NCBI RefSeq assembly: GCF_006345805.1
Contig: NC_043008.1
Location: forward strand, 68,820,001 to 68,884,000
DNA: 64,000 nucleotides
Direction of reading: 5' to 3'
Source of the DNA: Octopus sinensis
Lineage: Eukaryota
The first letter of the stretch is position 1; every line of letters begins with the position of its first letter. Positions 50,941-64,000 of the stretch are shown here, piece after piece. The notes below the pieces were generated by a model. It worked only from the letters and a program-made list of their open reading frames with translations, did no database searches and had not been told where the DNA came from. The position numbers were made by a program, and so were the translations under genes.

Positions 50941-51689
50941 TGCTGCGGGATACTTAAAACGTTCCTTCGAAAACGCTTCATAAGTTATGCTTTGAGCTGG
51001 GCTTTTCACCTTGTCTGTGCAAATATATGCTATTAGTTTTTCTTATAAATTGACAATAAGAACACTAAGAACCTGTTGATAGGTTTTCGGTGGCTGTTTC
51101 TGCCCCGTAAGGAGGCATATTTATTCATTTAATTATCCATTGCATTAAAAAAGAGCACAGACAAGATGACGTCGTCATCATTATTATTATCAACGCCATC
51201 AGCAACCATGGAAGCATTGAGGGAGAAATACATCTCTCCTACAGCCCTCCCACCGAAGACAACTTCCCCCAGCAACAACAACAACAGTAGCTGCCTATGC
51301 AATGTGAAAGCTTGTGAAGCTTATGAAATTAGTTACAACACAGCAGCAGTGACAAGAGTGTCGATGGTAGAGGTGTCGGAGGCAGTAGCGATGGTGGTGG
51401 TGGAGACATTAAAAGCTGTAACACTACGAAAGGTAATAGCAGTAACAAAAACGACAACAATACCAGTATTACCACCACCACCAACAAGAACACATTCGCT
51501 GCGGCAGCAAGCAAAACAAGACTACGTTATAGCATAGACCTCACAAGCAAAGAGGAGAGAAAGGAGCGAAAGCATGCATGCTCATCAAACATGAGCAAAC
51601 CTGGGCCAACTTAAACATACCAAAAGAGTCAATTGAAGCAGTGGGAACAAAAACAGTTCACTTCAGATGCATCTTAGCAGAGACAAAGA

Positions 51690-52847
51690 AACCAGCATTA
51701 ATAGCATAGGCGGTTATTGAAGGTCAGCTGAGATGTATCAGGGATAATATTGAATACATATATATAGCAAAGGGCAGACAAAACGGCACCATTTTGGTGC
51801 ATTTTAACTCAGAAGCCCTCGCTATGAAGCACTCAATGACCCCTTGCAAAACCAGCAAGGCTATTATGTACCCATCCCATATGGGAAAAGAATAGCGCGT
51901 GTCCGCATTCCCAGGAATCCACCAGGATTTTACATGTGGTGACTTCTGGAATGCGTAATCGAGCAAGGGTCGGAAACCGTCCCGATAGAGTTAACAAAAG
52001 CTGTCATGGAGGACTGGTCCGGGTTGAATCTGGAGATCCTTCTCCAAATCAAGTCCGAAAACTTTAAGAGAGTCCCGGACCATATCTGTCTAAAAAAACT
52101 GGACGGTATTGTACATAATGACTGAGGACAGACGGTTGCATTGTTTCGTTTGTGAAGACTGTACTCATTTGTGACCTAGCTACCCTCAAGTGACAAAAAG
52201 TACAAGGGGTCGAAGGTCTCCATTGCTGCCTACACCGGGACGAGGACCACAACCAAAAGGAACACCGGTAAAACCACCAGCAACAACAAATGAAACACTA
52301 CCAAAGACATTAACCAACCTAGGGGAAAACGAGGAAAGCTCTCCCATTCCACTTACACCAAAGAGTACACACATGAATAAAGAATATAAGCATAAATACA
52401 GACACAGACACACCTACATCCACATCCACAGACCCCTCATCTTCAAGTAGTGAAGATGAAGGAAAACCAAAAGGCCCCAAAAGACAAAAAAGAAGACAAA
52501 AGAAAATCTCCACAATAAAAGATACAGATATCACCCACGCAAACATCTCCTCAAAACACCAACACCAACACAGCCAACGCCATCACTAGCTCTAGAATCC
52601 GACAAACGCAAACAACCTAAACAGACACAAGAACAAACACTCACACAAACATCTAAAACTGCAGATACTACACCCATAGCAAACAACCGAAACAACAACA
52701 ACAACAACGAGACCGTCAACATTACAGTCAGGCAAACAAATAAAACAACACCAGCACAAAACACCCAACTTCGTACTCATCAGAAGGGACAACGAGGAAC
52801 TGATGGCCCTCGTAACATAAAAGATTGAAGTGAAACTGGACGTGTGA
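51690..52847 (+). pseudogene. Tx1/L1-type ORF1 relic, second copy
   Basis: AVIEGQLRCIRDNIEYIYIAKGRQNGTILVHFNSEALA...PIPYGKRIARVRIP; knuckle CFVCEDCTHL*PSY at 52142-83; T/D/S/E/K-rich tail. Confidence 0.75.
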
Positions 52848-52848
52848 T

Positions 52849-53088
52849 CATCCCGCTCAAAAGGTCCCTGAATAAGGGCTGTTTAAAGATGTTGAATAAA
52901 ACACCCGTGTTTCCAGAGGTGAATTTATTCAAAACCCAAAGAATTCCTCTCAACACATGGCTATGATTCCCCTCCAGTACCTCTGCTCGTGATCGGAGAT
53001 GTACATATCGTCAGCCGCTAAGGGACATGCTCAACTGGTTAAAATCAAACAACTGACAAGCAAATCTGTATTATTGAGCAGAATATTG
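52849..53088 (-). mobile_element. Family D fragment lying between the Tx1 ORF1 and ORF2 relics
   Basis: Matches the reverse complement of about 48335-48575. Confidence 0.88.
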
Positions 53089-53132
53089 ATTGTCATTATC
53101 CTCTTCATCATTATTATGACGGTACTTGTCTT

Positions 53133-55510
53133 CAGTTCGTACCTGGGCAGCTTGCCGCGGCTCTCGGCAGCTGACGCGAAGTTATGTGAGAGGCCGATAA
53201 CTGCCCCTGAAATTCAGGTTATGAGCGATTGCACAAGTCGCAGACCGCCTGGTTTGGATGTTCTGCCCAATGAATTCTATGTATTCATGCCAGATTTGTT
53301 TGGCGACGTCTTGGCAGACGTCTACTGCAACTGGCAGCAGAATGGGAGAATTCCTGGCGGTGTTAGCAGAGGTGTGGTGACACTGTTGAGGAAGGACTCC
53401 GACAATGGGGACGTACTAGAGAATTTTCGGCCCATAGCTCTGCTAAATACAGAGTTTAAGATTTTGGTCAAGGTGTTAGCGAAAAGGTTGACGCTTGTCA
53501 TCGGTAGTCTGGTCGGAAAAGCGTAAATGTGTGCAGGTCTATCCACGACAACCTCCACCTTATGCGATACATCATAGAGAGGGCTGCGACCATAGCTGGC
53601 TTTAGTGGATGCTCTGATCCATTTGGATCAATAAAAAAAATTCTATAGGGTCGACCATCACTACTTGGAAGCCGTCCTGAAAGCAGTCGTTTTCAGAGGC
53701 TGGATCGCTGCAATGCACAGCGGCACCTGTTCAGTGATCAAAGTAGACAACCACCTATCGAAACCGTTTGGCATCGCACACTCAGTTCGTCAGGGCTGCC
53801 TGCTGTCCCCTCTTCTATATGTATTGGCATTCGAGCCACTGTTGGGGAAGTTGGAACAGCTAAGCATCCCTTTCGAACTGGGACAAGAAAGGGCAGTGTC
53901 AGCATACGCGGACGATGACACCGTAATGGTGTCGGACGCCTCCGAAGTGGATACGGTCGGCACTGTCCTAAAGGAATATGAGTCGGTAGCGGGGGCTAAA
54001 ATCAACGCCGACAAATCAATTGCTTTGCGGTTGGGTTCCTGGAGAGACAGGAAGATGCCATCGGATGGCGTCGTCGGACGCTGGACCGACAGATCAGTTA
54101 AAGTGCTCGGTGTCTGGTTTGGTTCCGACCTCCAGGTTGCTAAGAACTGGGACGAGGTGGCGAATAGGGTGGCCAGTCTTACTCAGAAATGGGCTGAAAG
54201 AAAGCTGTCCCTGAAAGGTCGGACAGAGGTGGCGAATGCTTACGTCACCATTATCATTTATCGCCTGACCGTCGTGCTTGTTCCGGTTACTGTTTGACCA
54301 GATTGGAGCGTCTCCTATTTAAATTCTTGTGGAAGGGGGGCGTTTTGATGGTCAGGTGGTCAGTCTGTTGCCAGCATCCTCTGAAAGGCGGATTAGGTAT
54401 GCTGTGGCGCCTAATGCGCTGAAACGCGCTTAGAGTACATCACCTGCAATGATTTCTGGATGGTGAGCGTGTGTAGGTTCTGTTTGTGAGTCTCGTCTTT
54501 CTGCAGATCATCTCCTTGACGAAGCTACAGTCCTGACCGAGACTGGGCATCTAGCACTTAGAATGTCGACAAGCGCTCACAGCCATCTACAAGTCGGGTA
54601 ATGGGATTGGTGGATGTTCCGCTTTAGAGATTTATAGAGGATTAGTGTCGGGGAAATTCGACGACGTTCTCGGGGAGACTATGGGCGTGGACGAGAACGA
54701 ACTGGCTAGTCTGTTCTGGAGGACTTTCCGGTCGGAAATTATCATGGATAATTTCCAGATGTCCTTGGCCTGGCAGTGCTGCTAGGGGGCACTACCAGTT
54801 CGAGATAAGCTCTACAGGCACGGATGTACTGTCAGACAGACTTGTCCGAGGTGCGCGCAGAGTGATGAAACCGTTCTGCACACCCTCGTTTAGTGTCCGG
54901 GTATTGTTGACCTGTGGGGGCTATGTTGAACAGTTGCTGTCACGTGTAGGAGGGATCTGTCTGTCTGCCGAGTTTGTAGTGATGATTGCACCGTCGCCCT
55001 CCTTCAATCGGTCAGGCAAAGCTGTTCTCCTTTGCCTGATGGCTGTGGCGAAAGAGGTTGTTTGGTGGACACGGCTGAAAGGCATGAGGGCAAACACATT
55101 CCTCTTTGGTAGAGCTCTCATAGTGGAGAGGGAAGTGTTGTCTTCGAGTGAGTTTATTGAAAAGTGGGTAAAAGTTGCGAAAATGGCAAAAGTGTATAGC
55201 ACCTCTCTAAGTGTAGACCTGCGAGTCGGAGAGAAGGAATTGGAGAGGGCATTTGCTCATGAGGTTTCAGGGAAATCTCAGACTGTGGGGTTCCTCGATT
55301 ATCCCTAGAGGCTTTCATGTATCAGGAGGGCCACATGTCTATCATTCACCACCTTTTCCCCTTTGTATACTATGCATATTTATAGTATATACCAGTGTAT
55401 ACCGTGTATACTTTTTTTCATCATTTCATTACTATATGTAAACACACACACACTTTATGTCTGTCTCTGTATTATCCCCTCATCCTTCGCCCTTGAGACA
55501 AATAAATGAA
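53133..55510 (+). mobile_element. Tx1/L1-clade LINE: ORF2 RT through zinc-binding domain and 3' UTR, with stops and frameshifts
   Basis: PGLDVLPNEFY; ENFRPIALLNTEFKILVKVLAKRL; VRQGCLLSPLLY; AYADD; VKVLGVWFG; TCPRCAQSDETVLHTLV*CP (54840-99); AATAAA at 55501 then an (ATC)n(ATT)n tail. Confidence 0.95.
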
Positions 55511-55526
55511 ATCATCATCATCATCA

Positions 55527-55572
<46 letters not shown>

Positions 55573-55646
55573 GATTATTATTACTATTATTATTATTATT
55601 ATTATATTATTATTATTATTATTATTATTATTACTACTACTACTAC

Positions 55647-55681
<35 letters not shown>

Positions 55682-56164
55682 TATTATTATTATTATTATC
55701 ATCATCATCATTATTATTATTATCATCATCATTATAATTATCTGTTGCTTTTGCTTGTTGCTGCTATGAATATTGTTGTCAAATATGTGGGGAAGAGTTG
55801 TTCTCATGATGATGATGATCGTCATCATTACCATGTTTGTTATCGTATCGTAATATCAATTATAGCAAATTTTATAACTAAATTAATACCATAATACTCC
55901 CATTCTACCTCAATATCGTCATTACCGCTTACACCCCACAGCTACCACCACAACCACTGCAGCCGCCCCCTCATCTTCACCGCCGCCGTCGTCATCGTCA
56001 TCATCATCATCATACCATCATTTTTATCGTCATCATTACCCTCTACACACGCCACCACCGAATCAACATCCCGCGCTACGACCACCACCACCGCCACCGC
56101 CACCACCACCACCGCCACACCACACCACCACCACCACCACCACCACCACCGTCACCACCGCCAC

Positions 56165-56198
<34 letters not shown>

Positions 56199-56698
56199 GC
56201 CATCACCATCATCATCATCATCATGAGCGTTATTATTAATAATATTCCTTTATTTACGTAATATCCATCCGTTAATTATTAAATACTTGAATCATTTTAA
56301 TTGATATATTATTATGATTGTTATTATTACCATATATTTTTTTGTTTTCTTTGTTCATTACAGTTATTATTGTTTTATTTAATAAATTCCATATTTGTGA
56401 TTTTTCTTCGAATTTACGTTTATTTATTGATATTTATTCTTGTCTGTCTATTGTCTTTGAATAAGAAAATTAAATTTTCGCTTCAATTCTTCAAAATACT
56501 GTTTACTTTTTATTATTGTTTGTTATTGTAGGTGTTGTTGTTTTTGACGTCATAGTTGTTTTTATTGTTTCAGAGAAGGCGAGTGGGCAGAATCAATGCA
56601 ATGTTGGACGCAATGTTTAGCAGCACTTCTTCAAGCTCTCTACCCTCGAAGTTCATATCCCTCCGAGAATGATTTTACCTTTCAGTCTGTCGGATTCA

Positions 56699-57001
56699 GT
56701 GGAGGCAAATGGCCAAGTGGTTAGAGCAGCGGACTCGCGGTCAAGGGATCGCGGGTTCGAATCTCAGACCGGGCGATGTGTGTGTTTATGAGCGAAACAC
56801 CTAAGCTCCACGCGGCTCCGGCAGAAGGTAATGGCGAACTTCTGCTGACTTTTTCGCCACAACTTTCTCTCACTCTTTCCTCCTACATCTTGCAGCTCAT
56901 CTGCGATGGGCCGGCGTCTCGTCCAGGTGGGGAACCTATACGACAAGGAAACCGGGAAACCGGCCCTATGAGCCAGGCGTGGCTCGAGAAGGAACAAACA
57001 A
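56699..57001 (+). mobile_element. tRNA-headed SINE with a Deu/Nin-like central motif, nested in an old family A copy, 12-bp target-site duplication
   Basis: A box tggccaagtgg and B box ggttcgaatct; motif ctgcgatgggccggcgtctcgtccagg; ctgtcggattca (56687-98) versus ctgtcggaatca (57002-13). Confidence 0.85.
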
Positions 57002-57109
57002 CTGTCGGAATCAAAGAAACTAGAGGACAGGTCAAATACTGAAGCAAAAGGATTTGGCCTCCCCACCAAATTGGTGGCCTTATGCGAGATTTTGAATTAT
57101 TACACTCTG

Positions 57110-57520
57110 TACTCTTTTACTTGTTTCAGTCATTTGCCTGTGGCCATGCTGGAGCACCGCCTTTAGTCGAGCAAATCGACCCCAGGACAATATTCTTTGT
57201 AAGCCTAGTACTTATTCTATCGTCAGTCTCTTTTTGCCGAACCGCTACGTTACAGTGACGTAAACACACTAACGTCGGTTGTCAAGCGATGTTGGGGGGA
57301 CAAACACAGACACACAAACATATACACACACGCATAACATATATGTATACATATATAGGACGGGCTTCTTTCAGTTTTCGTCTACCAAATCAACTCACAA
57401 GGCTTTGGTCGGCCCGAGGCTATAGTAGAAGACACTTGCCCACGGTGCCACGCAGTAGGACTGAACCCGGAACAATGTGGTTGGTAAGCAAGCTACTTAC
57501 CACACAGCCACTCCTACGCC
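57110..57520 (-). mobile_element. SINE family B, full length
   Basis: Reverse complement of the 28984-29421 copy with a shorter internal microsatellite. Confidence 0.92.
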
Positions 57521-57722
57521 TGTGTAATAAAATTAATTTCTTTTTGTCTTTGGTCAGTAAGTGTTATGTCCTATTTGCTTTAATCTAGAAATCAAAGGAA
57601 ATCACTACTTTTCCCTTCAATCTTTGCTTTTGCTACCTGCACATCAATATTTTGAAGCTGATCTATTTTCCATTACATGTCACACAAATTCAGTGTTGAG
57701 GTTGCTGAAGCAGAAATATCGT

Positions 57723-57882
57723 TACAGCAAACATTCTGCTCAGTACCAGAGATTTGCTTGTCAGTTCCTTGACTAACCACTTGAGCATACCCCTTAGTGT
57801 CTGGCATATCTGATGATGAGATGGAATAGAGGGGGAGCATCATAACCATGAATTCAAAGGGATTCTTTAGGGTTTTGAAATT
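57723..57882 (+). mobile_element. Family D fragment, diverged
   Basis: tacagcaaacattctgctcagtaccagagatttgcttgtcagtt...gggggagcatcata matches about 48327-48495. Confidence 0.8.
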
Positions 57883-58191
57883 ATGTAACAAAAGCAAGGT
57901 TTGAAGGAAATACATTCTAGGGATAACCGAATAGGAAATAACAGTTACTACCCAGGGGCCAAAATCGTGTTACATAATCTTATTGTAGTTTCTTTTATCA
58001 TTGTTGTTTTTGTATATATATCTATGTGAGTGTGTGTGTATATATGTTAATATATACACATATACATACATATACACACATACATACACACATATACACC
58101 TATATACACACATACATACACACATATACACCTATATACACACATATATGTATGTGTATATATTATATATATATACATGTATGTATGAGTG

Positions 58192-58223
<32 letters not shown>

Positions 58224-58241
58224 TGTATGTATGTATATATA

Positions 58242-58287
<46 letters not shown>

Positions 58288-59020
58288 ATGTGTGTGTGTG
58301 TATGCATGTATAATCGAAAAGTTTGGTAAAATTTGTTATCACCAAAAAGTAATTGAAAATCAATGGAAAGTGCAGTGTAGATAAAATCCAACCAAATCAG
58401 AAATGCACACGTGACTGACTTTGCCATATGTTCCTAGAATTGCTAGGCAACAAAGAAATTGGAAGAGGAAGGAAGAATTTGTAATGCATCAAGCAGAATG
58501 AGCGTTATGTAGACGTGAAATAACAATGATTGATACAAACATTGACGTCAAAGAGAGAAAGAAAGAGAGGAAACCAGCGAGTAAGAAAAGCGAAATGATA
58601 TGCTTCCCAAAGGTAAAAGCTAGTAGACAAGAGCGAAATAAAATTGTTAAAATTATAATATACTTCGTATTATTACTGTTTTTTTTTATATTTTACCTGA
58701 AAGAGCTATTGGGGCACAGATCTAAATATGGTCTCGAAGGATTATATACGTTACGGCATTGCAGATGATCTTCCGATTGATACAAAGAAATTGTTTCCAT
58801 TAGTTTTAGTTTTAGAATTGTTTCCAAAGTGTCGCACGAAATTTCTCAAAGAAGACTCACGGTGTTTTATCTTTTCCTCTCAGGAGGTGGAATTTGAACA
58901 CAAAACGCATACAGCCGCAAGAGATCACTTCCTGCGCTCTAACGATTCTGCCAATCTGCCACTTTTGGACTGTTATTTGATTTACTGAACCCGGAAGGAT
59001 GAACGGTAATGCTGACTTCA

Positions 59021-59250
59021 GGCGGCGAGCTGGCAGAAACGTTAGCACGCCGGGCGAAATGCTTAGCGGTATTTCGTCTGCGTTACGTTGTGAGTTCAAA
59101 ATCCGCCGAGGTCGACTTTGCCTTTCATCCTTTCGGGGTCGATAAATTAAGTACCAGTTATGCACTGGGGTCGATGTAATCGACTTAATACCTATGTCTG
59201 TCCTTGTTTGTCCTCTCTGTGTTTAGCCCCTTGTGGGTAATAAAGAAATA
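59021..59250 (+). mobile_element. Young full-length SINE family A with a perfect 16-bp target-site duplication, inserted into an antisense older copy of the same family
   Basis: ggtaatgctgacttca at 59005-20 and 59251-66. The joined flanks read as a degenerate minus-strand family A core. Confidence 0.93.
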
Positions 59251-59753
59251 GGTAATGCTGACTTCAGCAGCTATTTGTAAATCAGAGTGCAGCGAATCAC
59301 TCCAAACACTACAAAATATTCGCTCCGACGCTCCAACGACTCTACCAAGCTGTCACATTATCTCTACTCTATCGTGGTTAATTAATTGGGTCTATAAAAA
59401 ACAATTTTCAAATCAAGGCAAGTTTAACCTAAATTTTTAATTAGTTGCAGTCGTGAAATCCTAATATCAGTTTTAGCTTTAGGTAAAAACTAAAATCAAT
59501 AACAATTTTCAAATTATCAATAATATTTTTGTAAATTTACAAATTCAATAACTTAAAATAATAGTAAATAGAATGAAAACAAAATTTTCCTTTCTCTTTT
59601 TTTAAAAATATATTAAAACATATAAAAATGTTAAACGTTATATCGTTATATGTTCAATGCTTCCTGAAGCATCAGGATAGGTTCAGCTAGTATATACATA
59701 CATGCATACATACATACATACATACATACATACATACATACATACATACACAC

Positions 59754-59790
<37 letters not shown>

Positions 59791-59841
59791 ACACACACAT
59801 ATATATATGTGTGTGTATATGTATATTTGTATATATAATAT

Positions 59842-59898
<57 letters not shown>

Positions 59899-59987
59899 TA
59901 TAATCAAAATAAGCAACAAGAATATCTTCGGTAATTTGGTACGATCGTTTCAAGTACCATATTCATTTGAATCTAAATTTTGTTGAA

Positions 59988-60039
<52 letters not shown>

Positions 60040-60117
60040 TGTACACACACATATATATGTAAATATAGAGATACATATACGTGTTTGTGTGTGTGTGTGC
60101 GCGTGTGCATATGTGTA

Positions 60118-60420
60118 TGAAGGCATGGAGCTTAGTGGTACAATCGTATGGTAGTGATGTCGATTCCCGGTGGCGCGTTGTGTGCTTGAGCAAGACACTT
60201 TATTTCACTTTATTTCCAGTCCACTCAGCTGGTAAAAACGAGTAGTATCTGTAATTCAAAGGGTCAACCAAGTCACGTTCTATGTCACGCTGAATCTCCC
60301 TGAAAATTACGTTGCGGGTACATATGTCTGCGGAGGGCTCAGCCACTTGCACGTTAATTTCACTAAGCAGGCTGTTCCGTTGATCAGATCAGCCGGAGCC
60401 CTTGTTGTAACCGACGGAGC
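60118..60420 (+). mobile_element. SINE family C, diverged copy
   Basis: cttgagcaagacactttatttcac...ccagtccactcagctgg...cacgttaatttcac...gctgttccgttgatc...gtaaccgacggag is collinear with 32897-33220. Confidence 0.88.
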
Positions 60421-60496
60421 GCCGGCTTTGTTTATATATATGTATGCGCGTGCGCATGCGTGCGTGCGAGTGTGTATGTGTGTGTATGTGTGTGTG

Positions 60497-60550
<54 letters not shown>

Positions 60551-62067
60551 TGCTGGTCTTATGTTTCGGAATAAAGCTCGTCCGTGGAAAACAGGTATAA
60601 AACATTGGCAAAAGGAAAGAAGCGCTTTTTTGATGTGTTGTCAGGTTTCTACCTTTGGAAGAGAACAGGAAGTGAGACCGAAACGGAAGTGGTGTTTGGC
60701 TTGTAGAGTGATGCTAGTGGAAGTAATGAACGAGTAGCTAGCTCTGTGCTTTGCTATATGCGTGCGTTTGTGGGCGCGTGTTCGCCTCTATGTGTGGTGA
60801 TTGGTCTGAGTGTGTGCGTTAGTGAGTGTGCATCGTGAATCTGTCTTCGGTGTTTGTGGTGATTCTGCAGATGCTTAGTTAACCTATGTGCGAGCGAGTA
60901 TTTTATGAGTGGGTGCTCGTATGTATATGCTGTAGTTACTTGTGTGTGAGTGTGTATGTGAGTGTGTCAGTTTTACTTAGAGTATTATTATAGCATTTGT
61001 ATTTATATATATGTGTGTGTGTGGTGTGTGTGTGTGTGTGTTTAGAGTTATCATGTGTGTGTACACAACAACAGCAACAACAATATCGACAAGAGTTGCA
61101 ACACCAACGACAACGATAACGATATCACCGACATCACAATATCAAGAAAGATGATAACAACAAATGCAATATCAACGATAACAACAATAACAACAACAAG
61201 AACAACAACATCAGCATCAGCAGCAGCACAGATTATAGTAACCTCCGTATCAGCAAGAGAGATTACAAGCACAACAAAAATAACAGCAACAATGACTGCA
61301 ATAAGAGCAACAAGAATATCAATGATAACAGCAGTAGCAACAACAACACCAACAACCAATATAATATCATTTTATTCTTAATGTACATATTGCACGTATA
61401 ATTCCTTCAATCAGTAATCTCTGTTTCTGTTGTTCCAGGAAAAAAAAAACGAAAAAAAAACGTCTTCTCTGCATCTCCAACTGGGGACCAAAATAAATAA
61501 ATAGAATAAAATAAAAATGAAAATGAAAGAAAATAAAGTAGCATTAACAGAGACACTCAACCGACTCAGATCCGACACTTAAATTGCTAATACTCTTAGG
61601 AAAGCATGAACATCACAGCAACTGTTCTGGTGCTTAAATCTTAAAATAGAATGGATCTATGAGAAATAAGAAGAGGCGGGCAAAAGATGGCTACTCCGGG
61701 TAAAATTGCTGAGGTGATGTGTTTTTAATCCGGTTAGACTGTCCGGTTTAAGCTATTTTCAGTTGACGCATGTCACTAATGTTCTTGAGAAACGTATGGA
61801 CGTCCCATGATCTCATTTTCCCTGTCATCCACCACCCACTTAGGCAATTGTCTATATTCAACTTGGCATTTGGCATTCACCTATATTGGAAAATGGCGGC
61901 GGCCATTTTCTTAAAGCTAAAGTGAAGCGCTGTTTACCTTTTGGATATATGTACGTAGATACACCCCCACACACACACACTCGCGCACACACACACATGC
62001 ACACACACACTCACACACACCCATCCATATGTATGTTTACGTATTTACGTATACACGTCTATACGTT

Positions 62068-62126
<59 letters not shown>

Positions 62127-62660
62127 CTTTATCTGTCTATCTATTTATCTACCTGCCTGTCTACCTACGTACCTATCTACCTGCCTTCCTACCTACCAAT
62201 CTACCTGCCTGCTTACCTATCATTTGTCTGTCTGTCTGTCTGTTTGTCTCTATCTATCAATCTTTGTAGATTGATAAATACACACATGCACACGCACACA
62301 CACAGACGTATCTTCATATATGTATGGAGAAAGTAAGAGAGAGAAAGAGAGAGAGCGACAAATGTTAATTGAATATGCATAGATAACACATACTTACACA
62401 TAAACACACACACACATACAAACGCACACACTCACACACATGTACACATATCGGGAAATTCAGTAATACAAATGTTAATTGAAAATACATACATAGATAC
62501 ATACAAACATACATACACATATACATACGTTTGGCTGTGAAAGTGTGAGTAATTCTGTAAATATCTGTATTTCTTCCTCTTATTCTGTTTGCCTATGTGT
62601 ATGTGTCTGTATTTATAAATAAATACGTATTGTGTGTGTGTGTGAGTGTGTATATATATA

Positions 62661-62701
<41 letters not shown>

Positions 62702-62765
62702 TACGTGAGTAGGAATACATGTTTATATATAGATATATGCATAAATTACAACTACAAACGCATAT

Positions 62766-62810
<45 letters not shown>

Positions 62811-62908
62811 GCATATATATAATATTTGTATATGCCGGTGTATAAATATGTATATGCATATGTATTAACATATATGTTTCTGTACATACATACATATGAA
62901 TGTATATA

Positions 62909-62960
<52 letters not shown>

Positions 62961-63063
62961 TATATATATATATACATATATATATATTATATATATATAT
63001 ATACATATATATACATATAAACATACCAGCATGTCTGTATGGGTATGTATATGTGTATATATA

Positions 63064-63114
<51 letters not shown>

Positions 63115-64000
63115 AATACGGTCTAATTGATTAATAAGTACGTAGGTAGGTAAATGGATTATAAGCTAAGTAGTTAGTCACGTGACTGAGTGCATATCAG
63201 TTTCGTGTGCGTATGTAAGTGTTTACGTCTTCTGTTAATTTTTCTATTATGTTTGTGCATGTATGTCTACATATGTATGAGCGTATAAGTCTGTATGTGC
63301 ATATATTTCCTATTTATTTGTGTATAAGTGTGAGGGGATTTGAATGTATGTGTGGATGTATATTTGTATATTTGCGTATAAATGGCGTGAATCTGTGTAT
63401 AAATATATCCATACGCACAACCAAACCAATATGAACGATTAATGTCTGTGTTTACAAACGGTAAAAAGTACGCAATACACAAAGCAGAGTGTATGTGTTT
63501 TATTAGAGCACGATGTTGCTTAAATAGTAACATCGAGTTTCAAGTTACCGATTAGTCAAACAACTGATGTGTGAAAACCACTTGTACAACCACGCACACA
63601 CACATAAACCCACATACATATAAATATGCAAAAATGTTCTCACATTCGTCAAGTTATAATTTGCCGTTTAAAATTTCATTAGTTGCCCGGAAAATGTTTT
63701 CAATAGTCATGAACAACAAATCATCACTAGGAGTATTTAGTAGAAAGATTTAGCTGTCACTCTCAAGCGAATACGACCTACTAGCTTGTTCCATGTTTTC
63801 GATATTTGTTTCAGGTGCCTGTGTGATTGTATGCAGTCATAAACATACTCTTAGCGATCCAAGAACATAGAGGATGTGACAGCAAGGGTATAAGAAGGCT
63901 ACAGAAGCACTAGCATTGTACTCTTTTACAGCAGAGTAGAATGGCGCAAAGTAAATCGATGTGACTTGCTCTATGGCACATCGCACCGCCTGTTTCAAGA

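Overview
Eukaryotic, very AT-rich DNA packed with microsatellites. The repeat landscape (tRNA-headed SINE families, (TA)n/(TAA)n/(ATCT)n expanses, Tx1, R4/Dong and Penelope relics) suggests an octopus or other coleoid cephalopod; this is inference. I found no host protein-coding gene; nearly all listed ORFs are microsatellite read-through. Recognisable coding relics are all dead transposons: a Tc1/mariner 3' end (8.4-8.9 kb), a CR1-like 3' end (7.8-8.0 kb), a junction cluster of R4/Dong RT(+), Penelope-like RT(-) and Tx1 APE+ORF1(-) (39.9-43.0 kb), two R4/Dong endonuclease ends (48.9-49.5 kb) and a Tx1/L1 ORF1 plus ORF2 (51.7-55.5 kb). The most interesting signal is non-coding: type-I hammerhead ribozyme folds from about five apparently unrelated short-element families at 23.7, 27.5, 28.5, 29.8, 34.05, 34.4 and 46.1/46.4 kb. 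Most have palindromic stem III and point into a (TA)n tract. Three sit in direct repeats with 321-337 bp periods and one sits in a 60-bp inverted repeat, as expected for Penelope pseudo-LTRs or retrozymes. Other oddities are a 28-bp minisatellite of overlapping RORE and E-box motifs, a CRE cluster, a fold-back SINE and recurrent SINE self-insertion. All alignments, translations and folds were done by eye, and element edges are approximate.
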